Position numbers and translations under genes: made by a program | The notes under the pieces: generated by a model | The model's input: only the letters and a program-made list of their open reading frames with translations | What the model was told of the DNA's origin: nothing | Database searches by the model: none | Assembly (NCBI GenBank): GCA_000708835.1 | Contig: DF237021.1 | Location: forward strand, 62,001 to 126,000 | From: Klebsormidium nitens | Taxonomy: Eukaryota > Plantae > Klebsormidiophyceae | Direction of reading: 5' to 3' | Length of the DNA stretch: 64,000 bases | In this document: one piece after another, positions 47,401 to 58,300 of the stretch | Position numbering within the stretch: the first letter of the stretch is position 1 | Layout of the letters: each line of letters opens with the position of its first letter

Positions 47401-50400
47401 GTGAGCCTTCTTTTTTTGTTCAGTTTCTATGATGTTTATTTCAGCGAGTACTCTCACGACTCTGCCTGACGGTCGGTCATACCTTTCGCAACAACTGCCA
47501 GGCTGGTTGGTATAAGCTTCGCAATTGTTCTGTCGCGCTTCTTTCCGTGTCTTATTATCGCAGAGTGTTGAAATTGTTAAGAGCCTGTCAAGCCAGACTC
47601 TACCCTTCTGGTATGGACCAATCTAGACATTAGTAGTCCACTCCCAAAAATCCACGCCGTGTGTGACCTTCTGATGCTGAGCTGAGGCCGCCATTAAAAC
47701 CTCGATGCAGATTGAGTACGATTTCCTCATACGTACTAGCGGTTCTCATTCCTGACCTCGAAGAAAGCGGAACGAAAGCGCAATACCAGATTCCACGGCG
47801 TTAAGCAATTTTCTTGACGCTCTTGCTTTGCGGCCGTCAAAGTTCACCTGTACCTGAGTATGTTCATTCGATGCAAAGTACGCTCTCTATGAAAAGGCCA
47901 ATCTTTTTGCGCTTTTGTCTGACAAAGCACAAACTCACACCGTTGATTCGCCTGCAGGACCGATTCCGGGCAGCAGAACAGCGATACCAACATCGTGTCC
48001 GTTTACCCCGACAAAAAGTGAGCCGCCAAAGTCCTCGCTCAACCGGTTCCGTGGGACATTTGCACTGGTTGCAACTCTGAACGAGCTCTTCGGTCTTGGC
48101 ATCTGTATTATTTCACCAATGTCTGTCAAGCAGAATTGTCTATTTGGTGCAAGGTAGAAAGACGATATTCGGACAAGGAGGCCTATCTTGTTACTTTGAT
48201 CCAGTACTCAGGTACTTCACGAGGTCAAGCCGCCTATGAGAAAAGCGCTTCGTTCATGTGCGAAGGATAGTGCGAAGGAGCCGTGTAAAAGCTTTCTCCT
48301 CCGTAAGACTAACGGGAGATTTTACAGTTTCAATCCCATCTATACCGAGGAGAAGTTGTATACTTGTCGGCCCGTATTTCTAAAACCTTCTGCTTTTGTT
48401 TTGGCAGGCATTGGGTCTTAAACGTGCGAGAAGACTCACAGGTGAACCCGGGCGTGGTTACCGTCCTAAACCAATGGGTCTTCTCCTTCCTGTACATACC
48501 GTTCTCAGCAGACGGGTAAGTCCCCATGTAACACGAGACATTTTTGCTGCAAGAGAATGGTTCCGGTCAAAGAGCGCCGTTGAAACGGAAACGCCTCCCA
48601 TCAAATACATCAGCCTGCAGATAGATTGCAAGTACAGGTTGCGTAAGATCAGTTGCTGAACGTGGGAAGTTTGGGATGTAGTACATCACTCCGATGTGGA
48701 GAGGTCATTGGCCTCCGATGACAAGAGATCATCTCCCCCTCCTCAAGAGATCCCTTGTTGCAGGGTTAGCCGTGACCAGTTGCGGTGGGAGCAATCACAA
48801 ATCATGATATGCTAATCATCCAATCTTCAACATCGAACGGCTGAGCTTCTGTCATCCGCCCATGTTTGTCCTCGTCAGGTTGCTTCTGTTAGGCGCAATT
48901 CGCCATGAGAGGCTGCTTGAATCCCCTACTGCTTCACACAATCTTTTTCGTGTTTCATAGCTTACGGGAGTTCTCTTTTTTCGCATTGTGAAAACGCGGA
49001 AAGGGTCATTGTTTCGTTTTCAGGTTAATCGGGGGTTGGGTTAGCGGAACCGACGGCAGCCTACGGCGGAGCGCTGGGGGCCCGGCCGTGAGACGGCTGG
49101 GGGTCGGACAGTACGAGATCGATCCGCGTTTAGGAAGGGCGTCCGAAAGGTTAGCTCCAGCCGCTGTGCTGACACGCGTCCGGCCGCGCTCGCAACATCT
49201 GACTGAAATGTACCTTCTTGTGGTGAATCAGCTGTATCAATCAAGTGCGGAGATTTATCGTCGAACAAACTTTCTCCAAACTTTATCGAACGAACTTTAT
49301 TAAACACTACGAGCAGGCAACCAGATTGCAGCCGCCACCTTTCCTTTGCCCTTCGAGACTTGCAAGCAGTTGCAACGACTTGCCGTCTTCTGATGCTCAA
49401 CCTCTTACTTCTCGGGCGGGCTTCTGCCACGTGTCCCCTTCTTACTCGAGCCACGTGTCTTCCCTAGGGACGGCATCCTCCTCCTCCAAGTCGCGGACAA
49501 GGAGCCTGCCGTTTTGGACGCCCTAATGGCTCGGAGCGCTTTTCTTTCGTACAACTACAGTGGGGATAATAAGATGTTTGTAGAAGCGCGGCGGGTGATG
49601 GCTCATAACCCGGGCGCGGATCTGCAGACCGATGCGGGGGGGGTGCGGCATGACGTTCCGGTGGACAGGGGCGAAGACTTTCCGCTGGTGGATACAGGTG
49701 AGCGGAACGCGGAAGTCACTGGTTTGATGTCGTCTGCCATGCAGGGTCGGCTTGTTTTTTGAAGTCTTTACCCTTTTGAAGTGGTTGTGAATCCAAGTAC
49801 AGGTTTTCCACGCAAATGTCTTCTCGACGATCGTATTTTTCCTTCTAAAGATGGCGTGGGCTAAGCTCTTTTGTCGCCACGCGTAGATGCAAACCTCATT
49901 GCAGCCCGAAATATGCGTCAGCAGATGGTTACGATGTCACAATTGAGCATGGAAAGACCATCCGTTCCGTCGATTACTTACTTTCGCACCATTCGGAGCC
50001 CATTCCAACTTTAAAGCTATCCAGATTGACAAATTTTCCGCACGCTCAACAGCCCAATGCTTTTCGATCTCCGTAAAAAACTATTTGAAACCTTCCAACC
50101 TAGCGACATTGGAACTCACTTCAGTCTTGGATAAGATCCAATCAGACGGCCCGAAGATGACTGAAGCTTGCATGTTTTGCCGCAGACTTCTACTTTGCTT
50201 GGGTCGACTTCCGGAATCCTCTCAGTCCAACCGCGGGCTCGGCGTCGTTCTCTGGGCCTCGTTCGAACAACGGGGCAGGGTTTGGGTTAGGGTTTGTTTT
50301 CGGTCTGGTGGGCACTTTGTTAGTGGGCACGGTCACGTGGATCGTTCTCAAGTACGTATATCATCGGCCACGTGGCGGCCCGTCTTTGGTCGCGATGAGC

Positions 50401-50469
50401 GAATTCGGAAGGGACGACTTGGACTCTGATCTGTTGGAGTCTGCGGAGGAGTACCGCTTCCAAGACTGA
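44445..50469 (+). CDS. Uncharacterised ~560-aa type I membrane protein (signal peptide, repeat-containing ectodomain, one TM helix, short acidic tail)
   Basis: Twelve phase-compatible GT-AG exons: 44445-44520, 44603-44692, 44977-45220, 45722-45880, 46306-46349, 46638-46712, 47214-47400, 47958-48017, 48408-48515, 49024-49149, 49468-49697, 50186-50469 (1683 nt, open throughout). N-terminus MARKGILAAWQFAVLSMSLLGSALS; TM GAGFGLGFVFGLVGTLLVGTVTWIVL followed by KYVYHRPR. Confidence 0.8.
45508..45690. repeat. ~96-bp tandem duplication in an intron of the membrane-protein gene
   Basis: gtcaacacaaacctgaaaa...acgcccaaagcaaccttggca starts at 45508 and 45604. Confidence 0.9.
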
Positions 50470-51361
50470 GTGAGACCTGGAGGAAATAGTAGCACATAAG
50501 GTTCCCAAAAAGGGGGGTCCGTAAAGGCACTGTTCCGATTGAAGCCCTCAATCTGTACATATGGTCGACAAATGAAGCGTTCCTCTGCGAGGAGCTGATA
50601 TCCATTATCTGGACAAGAGTTAGCACGCTGTTATTGTTACGCGGGGCGCAAGACAGGCATATGCCTGCAAGACTGCAGTGCATCCAAGCCGCCGGCGGCA
50701 GCAATGCTGCGGGCCCTTACCGACGACCAGTCTTCAAAAGATAGAAAGTGCACGAATGTGTAATCTTGATACACAAACGCGCGCCGCACATGTATCGTAA
50801 AGTGCTTCTTGTGTCAACTAATATCACGCGGGCCATTTCATCGACTTACACGCCCAGTCATTGGCAAGCTTTAACCGCCAGGCTGTCCACCAGCCCGCGT
50901 GCTGCTCCAGCTAGGTAGAATTCTAGCTAGGAGGTGGGGGTCCATGTAATACACAGCCGATCGTTCGCAGTCCGGTGAATCTTTCATGCAAAGACGCAGC
51001 TGGCACGCGCAAGCCCTTAGTTCGCTTTGGTCATGCATGTGACGGAAATGAGGTTAATGATTGTCACGATTCGTCATATTCCAAGCCAAGGTGCTCTATG
51101 CGCGCACTACGTAGATGTTTTGCCCTTCCTCGAATCGATCTCCGATTTCCCCTTCTGTATGCATTTCTCGTGTGCGCATTCCCAGGTACTAATTTGGTCT
51201 CCGACTCGAGTCTGCAACGGATCTTACTGTAGAAGTCCATTACCAAGCGTCTACAACGTCAAGCTACACTGTACGGTACATGCATGAGCCAATATGATTG
51301 TCTCGATTTCCAGCTAGAGATCAGTGCCAGTAAGCGGGCGCGTTTAGCTCCGACTGGGATC

Positions 51362-51399
51362 CCCCTTGAGTTCCTCGCGCTGACCTTCCTGTCTTCCTC
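51362..51399 (+). promoter_or_regulatory. Conserved non-coding block ~330 bp upstream of the BTB3 ATG
   Basis: ccccttgagttcctcgcgctgaccttcctgtcttcctc is the reverse complement of the block upstream of BTB1 and BTB2. Confidence 0.55.
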
Positions 51400-51729
51400 G
51401 ATCGTCACAAAATGCAAAAGCGCGAATCGTCTTCCTACTGGGAGCTCCGCTAACGTACTCTTCTTCCTACCGAGTTTCTCTCCTTTCTTGCTTGGCAGCT
51501 CCTGGAGCGCCTTTCGCTCCCGTCCCTGCGCGCGTCCGCTGCAGCTGCGCTTGCTCTGCCAGGGAGGTCGCTCGCGCGCGCACACTCTGCGCATCAGCGC
51601 GCGCGCCGCAGTCTGTCTGTCGCTTTCCGCACGACGTGGCCTTCTCTGTCTCTGCGCCGTTCTTTGAGAGAGGGAGGAGTTCGCTGAAACCCACTGACCT
51701 TACACGAGCGCGGCAGTTACCCTAAGAAA

Positions 51730-54241
51730 ATGGATGCGGCCACTCTGGACCCCTACCGAGTCGAGGTGGAGCTTCCGGAGCCAGAAGGGTCCGGGTCGGA
51801 CTCAGATGAAGAAATGGACGTGGCAGCAGGCAAAAAGGTTTGGTATTCCTACGGTGCCAAGCTTGGAGAACGCCCAAAAAATGGAACAGCAAAGCTGTAC
51901 CGTTTCCTGATCCCGCACGCCGTGACGGCCCCCGAAAAGCAACTAGAGTCGCGGACAATGTCGGTCGGGATCACGGACCTTGCGAAGAGGTCAAAGGAGG
52001 GCCCCCTCGTGATAAGGTACTGTGAATAGGGAGTGGGAGACGAGTTCAAAGTGACCTTCGTATATCATTCATGGAGCTCGCCCAAAATACCTGTCACCAG
52101 ATCGGGAGACGGTTTTTCTTGGACTGTGACAAAGGCCCCCTTTCCGCTGAGCATATACGTCAAGGTTGGGGTGCCTTGGACAGTTCTCCAACCTTCGGTG
52201 CAGCACGCGTTCCTGCGATCAGGGCGAGTGACTCAAAAAGCGTCTCTCCTCGACGAGACCCCAGCAACGGGCGACCTGAGTCTCATCTGCAAGGTGAGGA
52301 CGGCAAACCACAGGAGTGTTTGGCCCTCAACCAAGGACGGTTCTGGGCTGGTTCTGGGCTGGTTAGAAACCGGTTATTTTTCCAGTAACGTCCAGATTAA
52401 TTGGGCGCTGCAAAGCCTTGAACAGAGTTAAAGCCACGGTTCATTGTCCAACAACCCAAGAGTCAAAGTCTGGGTAGTCAGCAAGTTGGTTGGCAGCCAA
52501 AACTTCCTGTTAACGCATCACGCCAATTTGTCGCAGAGGCGAATTTGCATCTCGTCAAGCTGTTGTTCAACACCCTTTGATTCTGGCGAATGCTACTGTT
52601 TGGACTTTTTGATTGCAGCATTCTTTTCGATTATTACAGCAGAACTTTCCTCATCGGTTGTTTCTTTGTTGCATCAAGGAGCCACGTGCCGAGTCCTGGT
52701 CAGAATAACGTTATACTACTTTCCGTTTCGTCGTCCCGTTAGTGTTGGGCTGTGCTAGAGGCTTCAGATGCTTTTTCAGGACGTCTAACTCTGGGTTAAA
52801 GGTAACCCGTCGACGCCAACTTGCGTGCAGGACGGTTCGAGAGTACCGGCGCACGCAGCCGTCCTGGCTGGCATTCCGTACTTCCAGTCAAAGCTCAAAA
52901 ACGACTGGTCGGGGGCTGACTGGAACATGCACAAGAGGCTGGACGTACATCTGCCGTGCCCGGTGGACCAAAAAGTGGTCGGGGCGTTTCTCAGGTTCGC
53001 GTACGCAGATGCTGCGCCCCTGCGCCATATCGAGCCGTTCGAAGCCGCCGCCCTGCAAGTGAGTCGGTGAATTCATTCGTTCTGAACTTCTGATTCGACT
53101 CCAGATACCGTTTGATCATCCGCCTTTCCAGGGCTGAAACACGGTAACCGCTTCTTGGGCATATGAGGTTGAGGTGGAGAAAATTGGATTTCCTGTGGGC
53201 GATCAAGAGTCCGTCAACAGCGTTCGAAGTGTGAGACAAACAGGTCTTGGTTTTCTTTATGTCGTCATCTTTCAGGTTTCCAGGTTTCAGTAAGGGCTAC
53301 CATTTGTGCAGCCGACGTCGATTCGTGGGTCTCCTTCTTTGAAAGCTGCTCTATCAAAAGAACCTTGAATGCTTTTGTTCCTTTCTGGTCATTTCTTGGT
53401 TGCATATGCTTGCTATAATGGCAAGGTTATCGGAGACTTTGTCTATCGTCTTTTTCTGCTGTGTGACTACTTTCGGCGCAAAAAAGCTCATGTCGCCCCG
53501 GGTCGCCCAAGAGTCGCGTCATCCGATCCTCGACCGCAACTGCTTGACGATACCACCTTTCAGCGTTCTTGGTGTAATAACTTTTACCTTTACTGAGCAG
53601 ACTTTGAACCCATTAGTAGACATGGATCTGAAATTCCTTTGGTACTGACTGGTAGATTGCTACTCAAACTTGGATTTCTGGATGAACATTAATGTTCATC
53701 CAGAAATCCAAGTTTGAGTAGCAATCTGACTTGTTTCTCGGGTTAGATGAGCTTTGAGTAGGAACTCAGACCAGTCGTTCGACGTTCAGAAGCAACGTCA
53801 AATCGCCCAAGTCGCCCCTCTGGATTATTCAACCTGTGAGACGCCGAATCGCGCTTCCATTCCGCGATCAGAGCCACGTGCACGGGAGAAGAATCGGCTC
53901 GGCAGTTCCTGAATCAAGAATCACCGCCTGTGTTTTTGTTTTCCATGCAGGACCTCTTCTCCTTGGCCGAGTCCACCGACTTTACCGCTCTCTGCGGGAA
54001 CGTCAAGAATCACGTGCAAGTGACGGAAGAGAACGCGACGTCTTGGCTCGAGTGGCTCTTAAAGGAGCACGGCCCGATCGCCCGCAAGATTTCGAGGAAA
54101 GTGAAGCGAGTGGTGAAGCGAGAGGTGAAGCGGTCTTTCGAAGAGGAGCAGTTCTGGGCGGACATAAACGACGAGCAGCTCGCGATCCTTAACAAGGCCG
54201 CCAAACGGAGGAAGACCGTGAAGGCCCCGGATTGTTCGTAG
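51730..54241 (+). pseudogene. BTB/POZ-domain paralogue 3 with an in-frame TAG in exon 1
   Basis: ORFs 51730-52029 and 52033-52431 are in the same frame, separated only by TAG at 52027-52029 (PLVIRYCE*GVGDEF aligns with ALVLRYHGTERGIDF of copy 2). The BTB exon (~52831-53058) and last exon (~53951-54241) are intact. Confidence 0.8.
53654..53727. repeat. 74-bp perfect, spacer-less palindrome in BTB3 intron 2
   Basis: agattgctactcaaacttggatttctggatgaacatt|aatgttcatccagaaatccaagtttgagtagcaatct: 37-bp arms, no mismatch. Confidence 0.97.
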
Positions 54242-54860
54242 ATACGTATCGGGAAAACCGTTCGAAGTTCCAGAAGCAACAGCTTGGATGGGGCAAAACG
54301 GGCAGGAAAACGATTTGACCGATTGGGACGCATGGCATAGGATATAAGGTTTACGATTTTTGACTGAGGAGATCGAGTGGTTGAAGCGATATGAAATGGT
54401 CTGTGAGCATTTCATGTGCAGGATAAGGACATTCTGGGACATGCATGGACGACGTTGTCTCCAATTAGAATAGAGTCTGTGGATGTAGACTGTGCCTCAT
54501 GACTAGCGTGTTGCGAAAAGATGGGCGGTCCGCTTTGCCGGAAGGAGGGTTGGTTGGATCGACGTCCGTAGATTTCGTAACAGAGTGATTGCAGGTTGTC
54601 ATAGTGGCCGAGAAGCGGCATGTATGGAGCATCGCCGGTCCGGCACGTCGGGCGGACGTGAAAGAATTCATCGAACGCAGCGATCCAAGCTCGACTAGCT
54701 GCAGTGCGGATGCATGCGTGGTGTCGGTGACACGCTCAGTAATTGCATTGAGATTGTCATAACCAGGGTAGGCTGGTTGGACTCGATCGGAGTACAAGTC
54801 CAATTGCTCTGCGGCGCCGCTTCATCATGGCATGATTCTTAGCGTATGGTTAAGCATGCA

Positions 54861-54956
54861 CTTGCTTATGCAATGTTATGCTTATGCTTATGCAATGAGC
54901 TCTGCATATATGCTCTTGCTTATGCTCATGCTCATGCAATGAGCTCATGGCATAAG
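54861..54956. repeat. Low-complexity (CTTATG/CTCATG)n-like repeat
   Basis: Repeated cttatg/ctcatg/caatgagc units read directly. Confidence 0.7.
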
Positions 54957-55372
54957 TAACCATTTGGTTCTAGTACCTGGCAATTGGTTACTGTGGAGCT
55001 CTAGGAGTTGCCAACCACATATGAAAGCGGCTAAGCAGCCTACCATAGTATACACTAAGGGTCTTCCCCGCAGTCTCGGTAGCGAAGAGGGCCATGCCAA
55101 GTTGTTGCATCTTTTTGACGCCAGCCCTCGAGATTGTTAGAACGAGAATCAAGAGTCGCCCTTGCTGCCACCTCTCAACGCCCGTAAACAGCTCTTTACA
55201 CTCGAAAGCGTACTTCATCCAGGAATCGTCTGCTGAACAGGTCCAAAGAATCTTGGGAGCTCGAAAGCCTGCCGACTTGCCAAGTGCTTCCTTGGCGAAT
55301 GACAACCGCCCCGCTTTCTCACACCAGTGCTTATTGCACATTTAAACGGGCAAATCTCCGTCGCACACGCTT

Positions 55373-58300
55373 CTACGGTATCGGCTCTTGAAGCAGCTGT
55401 TGCAGCCTCGACTCCTCCCGCTCTAGTTTCTTGTGCTGGGCCTTGTAATCGTTGTACGCGGCTTTCGCCGCAGCCATTTTCTGCTCCAGGTCCGCCACCT
55501 CCGCGTCCAACAGGACCTTTTGCGCCTCCAGCTTGGCTTGCATCTCCGTGATCTCCGCCGTGTATTGTTCCCGTTCCTCTGCAAATCAGCCAGCGAGGCC
55601 AATTTAGTGGCTCTGTCGGAGGAAATTTTGCAACAAAAGCCCCTGAAAAGGGCGTGGATACACCCGAGATATCTTCCAGCTCTCTTTTCCAACCAGTGGC
55701 TGATCTTGTCGACCAGTTTTCCGACAAGATGTGAGACCAAGGGCCTACTGATTTCAGGGGGCTGGCCTTTCAAGCTTTGGCGACGAGGGAAAACGATGAA
55801 AGGCTAGTGGTCGCGGTATGAGGACCCACTACTCACTTTCGCGCGACCGTCAGTGCTGCTCGCAATCGATCTCGTCGTGCGGGAGCTCTTGCTTCTGTCG
55901 CTTTTCCTTTTCCTTTTCTTTCTACAAGCAGCTTCAACGAATCTCCGTCCGTCTTTTGACTAGAAACGACAAAAGAATTCATCTCGCACCCGTCTCCGCT
56001 TGTTCCGAACCCGAAAAGCAGCTCTGTCTTGAATCTCGCTCTTTTTTGACGTGAAGAAGCAATGGACGGAGCAAGGGGCGCTTACGATCGATCTCGGCCT
56101 GCGGAAGTGCCATCCCGAGCTGCTTATACGCGTCGACCTTCTTCCGCATCTGCTCCAAGTTGGACTTTTTCACCTCGCCGACGCCTTTTTTCACCTCCTC
56201 CCACGCCTTCTTCTTCGCCTTCTTCACCTCGTCCACCGCTGCGGTGTAAATTGGCTCCCACGCGCCCCGCTTCTCTAGTTCTTGCTCGGCGATGTCGGAA
56301 AGGCTGGCCGCCGCTGCAGAGTGAGCGTTTATGACGCGGAGTGAGAAGGCTTAATTGCGTGCCTGTGAGAACGTAGCGCGCTTCCTTGATCGTCATCGAA
56401 GGTCTTACTCATACTGGTCACCCCGCGCCTTGGGAGGCTTGATCGAATGCAAGAGAGAACTTGGACATCCTTGCAAGAACGCCCTCCAAAACTTGCCTAC
56501 ACATCGTCAAACGAGGAGCTGAGCGGGATCGTCGGAATCACTTTGAGCAGATGCCCAGGGCAAAGCGCTGTACGCTGAAGAGTATGAAGGTAACTAGCTG
56601 ATTAACTTGTGATTTTTAGTTCCTGACCTGCAGTAAAAACAAGTTGCTGCTCAAAGCCGATTTGGCCATTGCTCCCTCGCATGCCGTCTTCATATCCAGC
56701 TTAATACCGCTGTTTTTTCCTTGAAGTCACTCCCGCAAGTCAAAATAGATCTTGTAGAATCCGACGAGTCTAAAGTCCCTCGCCTTGTCAAGCTCGGAAT
56801 CAACGAAGCGCCCACCTTGCAGCGCCTTCATTTCCTGCAGCGCCGCCGCTCGCGCCTCGCGCAGCCGCTCCGTGTCCTCGACCACCTGGATCTTTTGCGC
56901 CTCCTGGTCCGCACGCCGCTTCTCTAGTTGGCCTTCCAGCTCCTCCCGCTTTTTCCTGGCAGACTTAGAGCGGAGTGTCAGAACCCCTTAGAGTTCCGGA
57001 CTTTCAGCATCTTCGTCTCTGCTTATCCGGACGAAACTCTAGCTCGAATTGTGTTTCCACCCGCTTCTCTAGTTGGCCCTCCAGCTCCTTCCTCATCGTC
57101 CTGGAAACTAAACGAGCAGAGTGGTCAAATTCGGAGCGGTTCTGACCTTCTTAAAAATTCGGCTAGGAATGGAAGAAAGTCTTACTGCGCCTCCTGATCT
57201 GCGCGCACTTCTCTGGTTGGCCCTGCGGTTCATTCCGTTTTTGGCCTGACAAGCACACAGTGAAATTTTCGAGCAAGTCTTCGACGCTCAAACGTCTAAA
57301 GAAATTTGTGTCTGCAATTCTGGTTTATCTCACAGAAGGTTCAGCTCGAAACCCGTTTCCATTTCGTCATCTCATCCGTCTCCGCTTCTCAGTCGGCCCC
57401 ACCCGCTCCTCCTGCTTTCCCCTGGCAGGTGACTGCGCAGTGTTCAGATTCAGGATGCACTCTTCTAGCGCCTTGAAAGTCGGGGTTTCTGTCTCTTCAA
57501 GTCTGCTTCGCCTATGTAAACGTTGACCTCCGGACGCCTTGCCTCCTGATTCTCGTGCCGGCTTCTGACTCTCCAGTTCCTCCTTGTCTAGAACAGACAA
57601 AGTCAGGCGTTCGACTTTCGAGCACGACCGACCCCCTCGGAATTGAACCTTCAGTATTTTTGGGTCTGGCTTGTCTGGCTTATTGCGACCTGATTAAAAG
57701 CGCCCCGTCTTCTTAACCGCACCAATGAATGCGCTGAAAACGGAAAACGGGCAAGTGGACAACAGCTTTGCGGTCTCCGCGTGCCCACTTATAAGGTGTG
57801 CAGTGAGACCTTATAAGCGGACGCTGTGCATCTGAGGAGAGGAAAGAGAACAAAGACAACGATTGTGGAAAGGAAGAAACACTGGCCAAATCAGAACAAG
57901 TGTGCAGTTTCCGTGCGCCCACCTGTACGTCGCCAGCTTCTGCTCAAACGCCTGCGCCCATCCCCTCCGTTTCCGCTCCAGCTTGACTAGCTTCTTCCGG
58001 TATATGATGATCTCGAGCTGCTCCACAGTCATTGGCGCGGACTTGACCGGGGGCGGAGCGGGCGCCGCAGGAGGGGGCTCGTGGGAAACCTGTAAAGGAC
58101 AAAGTGACAGTGAGTCAATCACGTTGTAAAAGGAAATCTATTTCTATTTCTTTTATCGGTGTTCAAGCCAAGCCAACGGGGGAATGAAAGTGGGTGAAGT
58201 GTTGTCCTGAATTTTCCGTTGCACAAGCAGTTGGAAAGTAAGCAAAGCTGGACAGGGATTCCTGTTGGACGAGTTCCGCTAGAGTTGGGCGGAAGAGCGA

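Noticed and set aside
50278-50300. Telomere-like GGGTTTGGGTTAGGGTTT
   Set aside because: It encodes the Gly/Phe/Leu-rich transmembrane helix (GFGLGF). Other isolated TAGGGTT/AAACCCTA hits are too short to call.
52027-52029. Pyrrolysine, programmed readthrough or an alternative genetic code at the BTB3 TAG
   Set aside because: TAG serves as the normal stop in MAP65, GFAT and BTB genes here, and no readthrough signal is evident.
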